From the NCBI RefSeq assembly GCF_009834535.1, contig NC_045707.1:54376001-54440000 (forward strand): a stretch of 64,000 nucleotides of DNA. Direction: 5' to 3'. Under the pieces are notes generated by a model. The model ran no database searches. It was given only the letters and a program-made list of their open reading frames with translations, and had not been told where the DNA came from. A program made the translations under genes and the position numbers. Positions 26,900-40,350 of this stretch are shown in pieces. Source of the DNA: Camelus ferus (Eukaryota). The number at the start of each line of letters is the position of its first letter. Position 1 is the first letter of the stretch.

Positions 26900-29800
26900 T
26901 TCCCAGAAATTTCTGGTCGGACAGTGTGCTCATCTTTACCTCTGAAAATAACCAAAACCGGTCATTAACATTTTTTTTAATGGTTCAAGTGAGCTGTTAA
27001 GAAAGCAAAAAAGTCTCAGTCTAAAATCTAAATAGATATGGTAGGCAAAGAAAAGCAGAACAGTAAAGCCAGTTTGCTGTGTTAGAAGACTTGTTAAATG
27101 TGATGAATATGAAGATCAATATAACCTCACAGTTTGAGGAGACAAACCTTAAAATTCACCAATAGTAGGCAAGTGTAACAAACGGTTCTACATAAACTTG
27201 GACCCCAATCAGCTATACCTAACCAGAAGACAGGAAATTAAACTGCCTGTCTCAAATCTCAGTATTCAGTAAGAGGAGAAAAAAAAACCCTCCCTCTAAA
27301 ATAATAAACACAAGCTGACTCTCTCATAGGTTTGTAACTCAAAGTTACTCTCATGGTGATGAGGAAACTTCCACTACAAATGTAGCACAAGTGTTCTAGA
27401 TTGTTTGTGTCCCTCGGCATCTGAAAAATCTCTAAATAATAAACTTTAATCTCATAATTAGGAATAATCACAAAGCTTAAGTTCCAAGGGAAAGACAGGT
27501 GACCAAAAAAATCACAAGAGATACACAAAGAAATAATACATCACAAGTAAGAGCAGAAATAACAAATTTCAGAAAAACCAGATCCACATGAAAATTAAGA
27601 TTCATTGAAATTAAAAAGTCAGTGACCAGAATTAACAGCAAGTTAGAATTTGTCAACTGGAATATAGATACATAGAAATTATCTAGAGGCAGCAGAGAGA
27701 GACAGAAAGAATATAGGAAATAATGAGGCAAGAGTCAGAAGATGTAATATATATCTAGTGTATGTACATTTAGAAGGAGAGAACAAAATGAGGAAGAAAA
27801 AACTTTTGAAGAGATAATGTTGACAAATAGATAAAATTTAAAAGTGTAAATTATATATTCAATAATTGCATCAAACCCCAAGCAGGATGAATTAAAAAGA
27901 AATCCATGCCTAGACACATCAGAGTAAAAATTCATAACAATGAACAGCAATGACAAGAAAAAAATCCTTAAAAGAGACACAGACAATGCCCTCAAAGTTT
28001 CATGTAGTTAACAGACAACTGACTTCTTAATAGCAACAGTGAAAGTAAAAAAGTAATGGAATGATATTTACAAATTGCTGAAAGAGAATAAACTTTAATT
28101 TAGAATTCTATATACACCCAGTTAAATTATGATTCAACTATGAATGTTAAGTAAAGACATTTCCAGAAAAACTAAATCTGGTAGAATTTTCCATCAACTA
28201 GTTCTTCTACTTGAGGAAACTTTAAAGGATCTATATCAGGAAGAAGAAAAATGATCCAAGATCTTAAATGAAAAATAATTAAGGGCATAAAATAAATAAA
28301 TATGGGAAAATATGATCAAACTTTGTATAAAACAACCATAATATAGTCCTTGACCTTAAATAAAAATACATTTAAAATCCTGAACAACAAACACATATAA
28401 GTCAGGCAAGTTGAGGTAAACATATCAATTAATGAGATAAACTGAGTGTATTTTAAAATTTCTGTGGTGACCTCTAAATTAATAAAGTATATAACTATCA
28501 AAGGAATTGAGAAGAAAAGAGAAAACAAGAGGGAACATACCAAACAACTCAAAAGAAGACAAGACAGGAGAAGGGGGAAAAACAGAAAATGTAGCGTAGG
28601 CTTCCCGTTTACAGTAATGATGGATAAGGCAATGAGAAACATTCTTTTGTTAATAACTGAAAAAAAAATGACAAAATATAAACATACCTGCTGAAGGCAT
28701 TTAAGAACTAAACTGGTATCACAGAATGAGCGGATTAATTTCCAGAAGAAATGAGGAGAGCACATCATTCAGGATATCTATTAATTCTGAGAAAGGAAAG
28801 CCTGCAGCACTAGGGGGTCAAAATCTGGGCTCCAGCGCTCTCTTCAGAGAAGGAGGCCCAACGAATCTCTACCTTACTGTCAGTTGGGGCCTCCACGTGC
28901 TACACATGAATCCAAATACAGAATGGCTCCCCAGGTACTGAAGCCCAGCTTTAAATAATATCAATACCAATATATGAATTTAGCTGCACAGAGATTGCTA
29001 ATGCTTGTAGCTTTAAACAGTAAAGACCTCAAGAGGAAAATAACAACAAAATAGCCTCAAATTTATTCTACAGTTTTGTTTTTCTTTGTATTTTCTGACT
29101 GTAGAAATAACAAAAAACTAAGCAAGGAGATAATCATGTCAATAGAAATCAAGAAAAACACACACAATAGACACTGCCCATGGGAATCCAGACAATGGAG
29201 TTATCACATACATGCTAACAAAACTTTGGTGAACACATTAAGGAAAATTAAAATTAAAAACTTACATATTAGATACTATAAAAATGTGAACTGGATGCTT
29301 AGTAAAAGAAGCACATAGAAATTCTAAACCTGAAAATCTACAACTACAAACAAGATTTTCTTGGATGGACTACATTAAACACAGCTGAAAAGAGAATTAG
29401 TGAACTGTAATTTGAGTGACAAGGTAACATCCAGAATGACCCACAGAGATGCAAAAGAATTGTAAAGAATTATACAAGGATAATTATAAGCATATCAGAG
29501 GATTATAGAATATAGAGGGAATCTATATATTTATATGTATCTCTGTATAAAGAAATGATAGCTCAGAATTTTTCAACACTGAAGAAGAATACCACGCCAC
29601 TGATTTAAGAGGCACAATGGATGCAAACAGGGTGAATACTAAGGTAACCGCAATAGGAATATCAGAGTAAACTGATGAAAACAATGGGCAAAAAAAAAAA
29701 AATCTTAAAAGGGGAAAAAGAAAATTATCTTCCAAGGATCAATGATTAGGTTGATGCACATCAACCCAGGCAAGGAATGCTACAATAAATTAAAAATATA

Positions 29801-31180
29801 TTCACAGTGCAGGAAATGCATGCCAAATGGCAAGTCTTTATCCCAAAATATATACACACATGTGTATGTATGTATGCAAATTCTTCTGGTGAAAGAATAC
29901 CATACACGAAAAGCAGAATAAAGATCAATGGAAAGGTTTAAAAAGTGGGTGAATACAAATGATATTGACTTTATAAAATAATAATGTCTTAAGGCATTCA
30001 GAACATACACATGCATGAAGTTGAAGTTTTCTAAGACCCTACCATTGCCTTGAAAAAAAGAGAAAGTGCCAAATAAATTCAGATTTGGTAAATCAAGAAG
30101 GCATGATCAATACCTGTAGTAAACCAAAAGAAGAGTAAAATAATATATAAATGGTAATAGAGTAGAAAAGAAAAATGGAATAGTCTAAAATCTCAACCAA
30201 ACCAAAAGGCATGAAAAGAGAAAAAACAGAAAGGACAAACAAATAGAAATAAATTGTAAGACAGTAGATTTAAACTCAAGTATATCAGTAATTGCACTTC
30301 ATTACCGATTACACTTAATTATTAGGGACTAAAAGTTACAAATCAAAGCTAAAATTTGTCCGGCAGCCTAAATAAAACAATAACAAAAACAACAAATTTT
30401 TATGTTACATTAAAAATGCCAAAAATGGAACTTGCAGAAATAATGTTAAGTAAAAGGATAAAAAAAGATGTATTATGTAAACACCAAACCAGGAATTCTC
30501 AATGTGTAGGCCAGAGCCTTCCTCCAGGGACATTTTTAAAGGTTCCATGGAGTCAAAACTATTTTCATAATAATTCTAAGAGGTTATTTGCCTTTTTCAC
30601 TCCCATTTGCTCAGGAACACATAGTGGAGTTTTCCAGAGGCTACATGAGGTGTGATATTGTAGCAAATTGAATACAGAAGGATATAGGGAAATCCAGCTG
30701 TCTTGTGTTAAGCTAGACATTAAAGAGATTTGCAAATATGTGTAACAATGACTCTCCTCTCACTGTATCTTTTTGTTTAAAAAATACAGTTATTATTTCT
30801 AAAACTGCTGTGGATGCAAAGGCTTTATTATCCTAAACTTGGAATGAATGAAAGAATGAATAAACCCAAAAAAATTCTCAGTTTTTTCCTAATTTAGTAA
30901 ATATTGATATACATAATCCACATAGATGAAAGCTGTCTGAGGGACCCTCAAGGATTTTTAAGTGTTAAAAGGGTCCTGAGTCCAAAAGAAAGTTGATTTG
31001 GTTATATCAGACACAAAAGAATAAGGCAGAAAGCTTTAACACAGATGAAAAAGGATATCTAAAAATGATAAAACTGGTCAATTCAACAGAAACAGTTGTC
31101 AATTTATGTACACCAAATGGCATAGGCTCAAAAATATTTACAGCAGAAAAGGAACAACTGTAATAATGAAGGTCTACAAT
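26900..31180 (+). mobile_element. Cluster of old LINE-1 5'/ORF1/inter-ORF fragments (at least two 5' ends, about 26900 and about 28600)
   Basis: ORF1 remnants (aaaccccaagcaggatgaattaaaaagaaatccatgcctagacacatc; gacttcttaatagcaacagtgaaag) and an ORF2 start remnant (tatatcagtaattgcac...). Confidence 0.75.
30490..30996 (+). mobile_element. Charlie1b-like hAT DNA transposon inserted in L1
   Basis: gtcaaaactattttcataataattctaagaggttatttgcctttttcactc...ggagttttccagaggctacatga...gacattaaagagatttgcaaa...aagggtcctgag. Confidence 0.85.
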
Positions 31181-31254
31181 CTACAATCATGCTAGTCCCA
31201 TGTATAACTTTTTCTCCATGACTGGCTAATGTGACCAGTGCCCCACTGAATCAG

Positions 31255-31490
31255 CAGGCAGTATGGCCCTGGTGAAAAATGAACAGGCTCCAAGGCAGGC
31301 AGTCCTGAATCTCAATAACATGTGCCTGCTCAAAAAACAGGTATGTGAATATAAGCAAGTTACTTAAATTCTCTGATCCTTTGTTCCCTTATTTGTGGAG
31401 TGGGGGTGATTTCACATTATTGAGAGGACTAAAAATAGTATTTTAAAGTAGCATGCACATGTCGGGTACTAAAAATGATAGTTACTATTG
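31255..31490 (+). mobile_element. MIR SINE
   Basis: gcaagttacttaaattctctgatcctttgttcccttatttgt...ttgagaggactaaa. Confidence 0.6.
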
Positions 31491-32587
31491 TTTCCTAACA
31501 ATTATCCTCAAATAAAAGCAGGGAGTTAAAAAACTGTAACTGTAGTGACCAAATAAGACTTCAAAGAGATACGTGAGAGCTAAACCTTGAAGAAGGAATA
31601 GGATATTAATAATACACACTCAGAAAAGTCTATACACAGTTGATTCAACAGTCATTTGATCCAGGCAATGCATTGAATCACAAGGGGGAATCTGGATGTG
31701 AAGGAAGTTAGAATAAATTGCCCCCCTTTCACTTTTAATCTTAGAAATTCTCTGCTGTCAAATGAAGGATGAGAACTGAGCAAAACAGACTTAGAGCAAG
31801 CTTTATATTAGGGTATCTTTACTTCCTCAACACCTCTAAGAAAATGAATCTCTCTCAGGCAAAATTTCTGATATTTCTTCTACTCCCCATCCAAAACAAA
31901 ACAAGTAAGCCACAAACATATTCATGAGTCTCCTTCAAAGGACTTACATGCAATAAATAAAATCATAAAGGACTGCTTAAATATTTTTGAGTTTACTGCT
32001 TCAATATATTCTTTATTAGATCTTTAAAATTTTTCTAGGTCTCACAAAATAAAATTGAAGCCAAGTATGCTTATCCCTCAAAGGGGATTGCCCATGGCAA
32101 AATTAGCATTTAGCTATACTTGCCTCAAATATCTATTTCAAAGAATTCTTCCCACATAAATGAGCCAGTGGTCTAATGAAACATTCCTGCCACAGGGGGA
32201 AAAAAAACTCCTGTAAGGAACAGCAAAGCTAAAGATGTTCAATTAGCTGGAGGTTTTCACTAAATAAGTGTTTGGTGAAGCTCTACCTCCTTCAGCTGTT
32301 CAGTGATTGCTATGTTTGACCGTTACATACAATTATGTTGAGTTATGTTTGAGATTTTCAATTTCAATGCAAAAGTCCTTCAGGATCATGCACGTTGTGT
32401 GGAAACAAGAATACTGAATAGGAATCAGGAAACCTGGATTCTAGCCCCATCTCTGCCAGGAGTTAGATGAAAACTATGTGAGTCTGTTTTTCCATCTGAA
32501 AACTAAGACGCCTAGCCTGGCAGGCCTGCCAAATCCCTTTCAGCTTTGTACCAGGCATTGTTGCATTTCAAAACTAAAGAGTAAGCT

Positions 32588-32604
32588 AGCACCATCTAGT
32601 GGAA
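32588..32604 (-). promoter_or_regulatory. CTCF-like motif TCCACTAGATGGTGCT
   Basis: Reverse complement of agcaccatctagtgga matches the CTCF core; motif match only. Confidence 0.5.
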
Positions 32605-33149
32605 TCCAAAGAATTCACTAAGTATATAATGAAAAATATTTCCACAAGCAAAATATCCATAGCTTTATTTTAACTTCATTATTTTTTTCTAATGCTCCAA
32701 TGACAACATTTTGTAGCAAGAATTAATCCAGGCACATTTTCCCTATGAGCCATGACACAGTAATCAAGTCTACGTGAAAATGTTGAATTATTTCAATATC
32801 TTTTATACTTACAATACTAGTGTCACTTTTCCATAAAGTAGAATTATCTGAAAATTAAAACAGCAGGAAAAAAAAACCTCCTAGTATCTCCATCTATTTA
32901 CAATGATATATTCTAGGAATGTGTTACCTGAAAATTTATAAATTAACAATTTATGTAAATTGCTGACAAAGAAACCATGTTTCCAGATTAAAGTTCTCCT
33001 AAAATAGCAGAGACAGAAGTTTTATGAGTAAGGAAACAAAAAGAATTATTTGCTCTTATACATTAACATCATACTTATTTTCATTTTTACCCAATAAACA
33101 ATAAAGGAAATATAGGGATTTACTCCTATTCTCTTTCTCTCTCTATAAA

Positions 33150-33660
33150 TACCTATCACTAGGATAATTTCAGTGAAAGACAGGACAGTCATTTATTTCA
33201 TTTATTGCTGCATCCAAGGCAATATTCCACTGCTGTGTTCTAGTGCCTGGAAAAGTACTTACATATAGTAGGTGCTCAGTACATTTGCCCACTAAAATTT
33301 ATTAATGAATAAACCTTAAAAAATCATTTTTTCCAGCATAAGTTGTAAAATGGTATAACAAAATGGTAGTAATCTTAAATATTAAAAGTGTATTTATGAG
33401 AGACAGAGTAGAATGACACAATTTAAAAATTAGGTCCTAGGGTAGACTTCTGAGTTTCATATCCTGGTTCTATCATTTACTAACTGTATGATTTTAGACA
33501 TAAACTTTCTGTGTTTATATTTTCTCATGTGGAAAAAAAAGATTTAATAGTAACTAACTCATAATACTTACGTGAAAAACAAATGAGTAAATATGTATAA
33601 AGCACATAAAACAAATACCTGGTGGTAAAAAAGTTATCTATTACTACTTATATTATACTA
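33150..33660 (+). mobile_element. L2 3' end (about 33150-33310) and MIR (about 33400-33660)
   Basis: tagtgcctggaa...atagtaggtgctcagtacattt; tcctggttctatcatttactaactgtatgattttagaca. Confidence 0.65.
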
Positions 33661-35702
33661 AGTTGTATTTTTTCTGTAACTAAAATTTATAAAACACTTT
33701 GGTCATAAAGCATGAATTTTAAAAATTAATTTAGTTTCAAAATGTTCCTGCTAGAAAGACAATAAAATCCAACATATTTTGGGAGAAACAAAGAAACTAG
33801 ATAATAAATTATGAATCACCTATTTTTCTTTTGCTTTGGCTATTCATTAAAATACGAAATCAAAATATGAAAGGTTTCCCAAAGACCAATTTTACAAACG
33901 TCAACGACCACTGTGGCAATATTCATTCAAGAAATGTTTTTTCTACATTACTTGTAGAGAACAAAATGTCTTATCAATTTTGCCTGAAAATTTCCTATAG
34001 TAAATTTCAGGCAAAAAAAAAGCATGAAATATAATGATGATAACAAACACTAAAATTTAAACTGCAATCTACCCAAATTAAACTGAGTTACAAAAGACAA
34101 AGATTCATGTAGCTTCAAGGGAAAAAAACAAAACATTTAAAATTTAAAAGTATAATAAAATCTCTTTTCTGATAAAATAAAACCATCTTTAAAATCTTCA
34201 ACCTTAAGTGAACTTAATGAACTTAAATTATTTTGTGCATTCAAAATATGCAAGTATAACTCCAGATCAAGTGAAAAACACTCTATAATGAAAAACTTGC
34301 TACCCAAATAGAACCAATTATAGAAAATAATATAAAAACATACCAAGTATTATTTAAATTACCACAAAATTTGTATGATCATATTTAACCAATCAAATAA
34401 TTATTTTTGCTACATTTGACCAGAAAATAATCTGTACCTCAATATGTAATATATCTTAAAGACATCATTTTCAATTACATTTTAATTTTATATTTCAGTT
34501 ATGATTATTTAGTAATAATTTTTAAAAATCTCTTTCCATAGTCACAGCACACAATATGTTCAAACTTTAAAGCTTTAAATGTATTATTAACTTCATAACT
34601 TTCAATTTATAGAATTAAATTTTAAACTATTATTCTAAAATAGTGCATTTCACATGGTGTTTCTATTTCTACAATTGTTTAATTACATTGGAAAACATTC
34701 AGTAAAAATGATTTCAAATGAATTCTCTTAAAGAGAGTGAGAGAGTTGCAATTTTCATTCATTTAAATGCAAAGAAAGTCAAATAATAAAAATACGCATT
34801 AATGTTTTCTAATAAAGCGTAATCAGAACTAACATTACATATTAACTACTGCAGTAACTACAGCTTAGTAAGAATTAGGAACAAGTTAAACTTGAAACTA
34901 CAAATGCAGAACACATGGTATTGCTTCCAATTTTATTTCACCTCCTTAAGAAATATTACAGTGTGGAATAGTGACTTACTAACTTACAAACACAAATCTA
35001 TCTTTGTGCCCCTTCATAAGAGTTCTTAGAATCAATATATCATTGAAAGACAAAATCTATGCTTTTCAGTTAGCTCAACCAGAATCTCCGTAAGCAGTTC
35101 CTGAAGATGAAAAACAGACTCCAACTGGTCTTCAGAAAATCTACTTTCTCATGTGTACTCTTCTCACACTCAATAAATACAGTGTTTTCATTGTACCCAA
35201 CAGACAGCAAAGATGTCTTTTACCTTGTTTGCTCTGTACTACAAAGATACCCCAGGTACATCAATTAATACTATGGCAGTTTTCACATAAATCTTGCAGA
35301 TATCCTATCCCAGGAAATCCACTGGCTACAAAAAATCCCATACAGCACTGCTGGCAATGAAAATGAAGTGAATGGGAGTTTAAGCATTTCTTCTCACAAG
35401 AAGCCTTTTTCTTTTTTTTAAGCTTGCTTCAGTGTGTGCCAATATAGTAACACACATATAGTAATTCCAATAACAACAAATTTATTTCTGCATGTATTTT
35501 AAATTAAAATTTTAAAATAAAAAATTTGTATCAAAACTCATCAGTTTGGGACACTCCCACATACAGCACAGGCACACAAGCAAATCAACATATTAAAGAA
35601 CATTATAGATTATATTTTTAAATTGTGCCTTGAAGTGTTTGTAAAACAAAAGGTTGTTTTGTAAAAACAACCAAACTTTTCTCGTAATAAAAAAAAAAAA
35701 AA

Positions 35703-38700
35703 GAGATGATGGTGACTGCTTAGATCCAACTCTCCCCAAACCTCTAATTCATAAAAAGCAACTATGAAATCAAAATACCCACAACCTATCCTTCCATTGC
35801 AAATGGGAGATAAAGAAATTACAAGCTAAATTTTTTTCTAAATGGAATAATAAGTATCTGGGACCCAATACAATCCAGGCTGAATTTACACTTTTACAGA
35901 GGAAATCCTAAAGAATCTGAATGGATAAGTAAGAAGTGAAGGTGCCTCAGTGGAGGAGGAACCCATTTGTTATCAACAAGGCCTCCCTTCAGAAAGAGAG
36001 AGCATGGTCCAGAATGGGATGACAGTACTAAGACCAAGTATATGAATTAAACTGATAAATGAAAATGGCCAAGGTCTGTACAAGGGAAAAATCTTTTAAG
36101 CTTGCACCAAAAAAAAAAAAAAAAAAAAGCCAAATCCATGCTGCACACAAATACATACCTAAAACAAAGTGATTCAGAAAGGTTAAAAATGATTTTTTTG
36201 GATGGCCAAGTAGGCAGATATAAACAAAAAGAAATTATATCAAAGTAAAATTCAGTCATAAAAGCATTAAAGAGACAAAGAAGGGAACTTATAATTTTCA
36301 AGGCTAAAATTCACAATAAAATTAACACTGTTAAGAATATCCAACATGGAACAACATTCATAAAGCAGAAACCAAAGGACATACATAAAGAAATAGGCTG
36401 ATTAATAACAGACACATTTAAAGTAGCTCAACTTTCTCAGTCCAAGGTAAATCAAGTAGACAGAGGACACCTAAAGCAAATGATCACTAAGGTAGATTTT
36501 AAAGGTGAAAACATAAACTCAATATATATTCCAACAAAAAAATGACCTTCTTTTCAAGTACACATGAAATTTTCCTGAAAACTAACCATGTATTAGGAAA
36601 ACCATGAGTTTCAAAAAGCAGAAATGACACAAAAATTATTCTCCAACTATCATGAAATAAAACTAGGAAAAATAACAATAAAAATAGTTTTTCCATATGG
36701 AAATTTGAAATCCTGGTTAAAAGATAAAATATATCATAAAACTGTAGAACTGATGAAAAGACCTACATATCAGAAGTTACAGAATTGGCAGCACTCAGAG
36801 AAGAAGACTGAAAAAGGATTAAAAAACTGAATTAAATAAAATATACTCAAAAACAGAAACGAACAACATAATAAACAGAAGAAAAGCAAAAGGAACTGGC
36901 ATTAACGTGTATTAATGGTAGGAGTGCAAAATGGTATAACTCATATAAAGTGCATCTGGCACTATCTTCCTAAATTAAAGACATCTTTTGCCCCTGAAAT
37001 ATATATGTATCAGGAAACTAACCTAAAGATATACCTGATAAAGTATGAAATGACGTAGGTATCAGGCTAGTCATTATGGCAATGTGGACTGTAAACCATC
37101 CACCGTCCATCAACCAGGGACCAGTGGAATAAATTCTGGTCCATCCACAAAATCGAGTACTATAAAGCCATGGGAAAAGAATGCTATGAACTCCATATAT
37201 GTTATTACATGAAAAAAAAGCAAGATAAAGAAGAGTACTTCAAATATTCTGTATTTTGTGAAAGGAAGTATTAGCATATATACATATACTTCTTAGATAT
37301 GGTCTATGTATGTATACTTATATACACATATATTATTGTACACATATATACATAAATATCTATATACAAAAGCAGGTGGGAGAACAGGGTGAAAAGAACA
37401 GGGATGAAAGCACAGTCTCTTTGAGTATGCCTTTTTTAATGCAGTTTAACTGTGGAAACATACATGCTTTACATATCAAAAATAAAATTGAATCAAATGG
37501 GAAAAGTGAACTAATTATATTTCAAGTTCATAACGTAATCACAAAGATAAAATACTTCAGGTGATCACATCACTTTGGGGGACAAAGTGCAAGGACCAAA
37601 AGAAATGCAAAAAAATCTCAAAATTATTTTAGTAGTTTTCTTCTAAATACTTCTAAATGCTTTTCTAATATTGGCAATTTTGTTTTGAAACTATTTTATG
37701 GATATTATAATAGATAGCAAATAGTTACGTTAATGTTGATATCAATCAAGAAAGAGAAAGGGAATGCAACTATAATGTTCAAAAAGTAAATCTGAATTGG
37801 AGATATAAATGTTTGATATGTTCAATCAAAATCACAGGACAGGACAATTTGAGTATCAAGAAGTATAGTAAGACAAGTTACTGATATAAGAATAAGTATT
37901 CATAAGAATTCTGAGAAAGAGAGAATAGTAGGGAGAGAGAAAACAAGTGCAAAAACAAAGTAAAAAAATCATATGGCACCACTGAAAGTAATGAGGGCCA
38001 CTAAGATCTTACTGTAGAAATCTGTCAATACAAAGGTAGGCATCTATTCCTGTATTTTTCTCTACAAACTATTTCAAGACAACCAACCAGCTCTTATTAA
38101 ACCAGTGTTTAAAATGTGGAAGGCATGTTCAGATTAGAAAACACATTTTTCGTATCCCCGATTGCGATTACTGATTCAGGCCACATTGATCAAAGTACGA
38201 AAGCATCAGATAAAAGTTTGCTGGAGAACTTCATAATGGAGGATTTAGGCTATCACTAGCTATATCCAATACTCAATTGTAGCATCATAAAAAGCAAATA
38301 AACACTGTATGACTCCTGATGTAAGGCAATATGAAGCACAGAGCGCCACCTACGAAAAATTCCTGCTGAAAAGGCTGAATTTGAACTTAATCAAGCCTGT
38401 TGAGCTAACTTTAATTTATAAGAAATGAAATATTTACAGGCTTAGTGAAACAATTTTAGTATACTAAAGGGAAGTAAATGGACAAACAGAATGTGGGACA
38501 CTGTATTGGAGAATTAATGTAGGTTTTGCAACAAATCAATGGCATGGAGGAAAAAAATGGGAGGACTATTACAGATTAGAGTCTTCAGAGACCTAATGTA
38601 CATGTAATATGTGGTCATTGTTTGTGTTATGATTCAAAAAAACCCATATAATTTTGAAAAAATAAGGATATTTAGATTATGAATTATCTGTTGATTAAAG

Positions 38701-38960
38701 AAAACACTATTATTTTCATTAGGCATCACAATGCATTGTAGTTAAATAAAAAAAGACCATATTATTAAAAAACATCTCCTGAGGTACAAAAGGATAAAAT
38801 ATTATGATTTGGGGATTTGCTTTAAAAAAGAAAAAAATAAAATCAAAACCAAAAATAGTCATGATGGATCAAATGTTGAATACAGTTATATGGAATCCCC
38901 ATGTATTCATTTTTGTAAATATTTAAAATTTTCAACAATAAAAAAAATGAAAGAAGAAAC
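35703..38960 (+). mobile_element. Old LINE-1 (5' end, endonuclease remnant and L1MC/ME-like 3' fragments)
   Basis: Endonuclease remnants (agagacaaagaagggaacttataat; ttcttttcaagtacacatgaaatttt) and 3' UTR pieces (atgaagcacagagcgccacctacgaa; gaatgtgggacactgta). Confidence 0.75.
35790..36006 (-). pseudogene. Non-functional counterpart (pseudo-exon) of the human LRRIQ1 cassette exon (about exon 11)
   Basis: Minus strand gives ..LVDN../GTFTSYLS../..KNLACNFFISHLQWK, resembling recalled human LVDN..GTSTSYLS..KNSDCNFLISHLYWN. It has frameshifts, stops, and AT instead of GT at the expected donor. Confidence 0.7.
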
Positions 38961-39369
38961 AAAATAAAAGCAAACAAAGAAACTAATATCAAGAAGGCCT
39001 ACGTACAATCAGGCCTAAACACAGGAAGTCGGCTTACTTCTACTCCTCCATCTGCTCCTATCCCACTCCCTGATATTTCAGTCCAGATCACATTTCCTAA
39101 TCACTATAGGAGGAGAACGTGTAAAGGAGGTACCTTCGGGGGATCCAACAATTTTAGCCATTAGTAGTACACCAGAGTAGTTCTTATCTAGTTCATAACT
39201 TTTTGGCAACCCTTGATGATTCACTAACCATTATTTAAGTCCCTATGAAGTCCCTTGAGAAATCTCACAAGTTAAATATTTTAAGAATATTAAGCCAGGT
39301 AATGAAAAAAAAAAAAGATTTTTATTTTAGAATTCCCATACTGGAAACGTATAGAAATGAGTTGAAGCT

Positions 39370-39720
39370 GAATTTCGGTGGGTAGAAGAGACACATTGGG
39401 TAGTAAGAAGTGAGAACAAGAACAGAACACTTTCACAACACTTGACAACAAGGGGAAAGAGAGGTGAGGCAATGAAAGGAATGAATGGCCATGGGAAGAC
39501 TCTGACACGAGGCAGGTTATAAATGACAGAGGAAGGCACCAGAGAAGAATGACAGGTGTATTTACAGAAAACAGAAAGGCTGGCCTTACACAAGAAAAGA
39601 CATTCTTGTCACTGAATTACATGGATTATAAAGAATAAGAGTGGGAACAGATATAGATATTCAGGTATATAGATGCACAGACAGAGGGATAAAGATGATT
39701 GGGGAGATTCAAACTGAGAA
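39370..39720 (-). mobile_element. L2-like fragment
   Basis: Purine-rich degenerate L2-type text (ttcacaacacttgacaacaaggggaaagagag). Confidence 0.4.
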
Positions 39721-40199
39721 ATTCTTTCTTTGATGTGGTGCTAGTAGCCTTATCTAAAGAAGGAAGGGTTAGTACAAGTGATGTGTACAGGTAAGGAGAG
39801 TAGTGATGGAAGGGTTTACCAGGAAAGGGTTATGACAGGTGCTGAGAAGTGCAGAAAGCATAGGATCCTTAAAAATATGATGGACCTGAACTGAGGTGTT
39901 ATATTCCCCAGTAGAGCTCAGATCGCTAGTGCTTATAAGGAAAGAAATGGGGAGGTGAATATACTAATCTGAGGAGCTACAAACAACCACCCCATTTGCC
40001 AGTGGTGGGAGAATATTCCTTGTATATACATTAAAGCTAATTTTATTTCCTTCATAAATCTGGATAAAAGATTAAATAAGTATGGTTTGAATGAAATAAG
40101 CAAATTAGTGATGGTGACCTATTCTTCAAAAGGAATAAATGAAACAAAATATAACCATGAGAAATAAATGTCTATATATTCAAATTCCATTGTTCTCAC

Positions 40200-40350
40200 C
40201 AATTCGAGTGATTTTATTATGTGAAAGTTCAAGATTTTGGATATTAGTGCAGCCATCCAAACCATGAAAAGAAGTCAGTTGATTTTTATTAAGAAGAACA
40301 ACACTGAGATTTTCCAAATTTTCACAGTCGATAGTCTCAATGTGGTTTTC
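40200..40350 (-). CDS. LRRIQ1: LRRIQ1 coding exon (about exon 10), 151 nt, ENHIETIDCENLENLSVVLLNKNQLTSFHGLDGCTNIQNLELSHNKITRI (LRR)
   Basis: gttttag|GAA...ATT G|gtgaga; phase 0 to 1. Confidence 0.96.
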
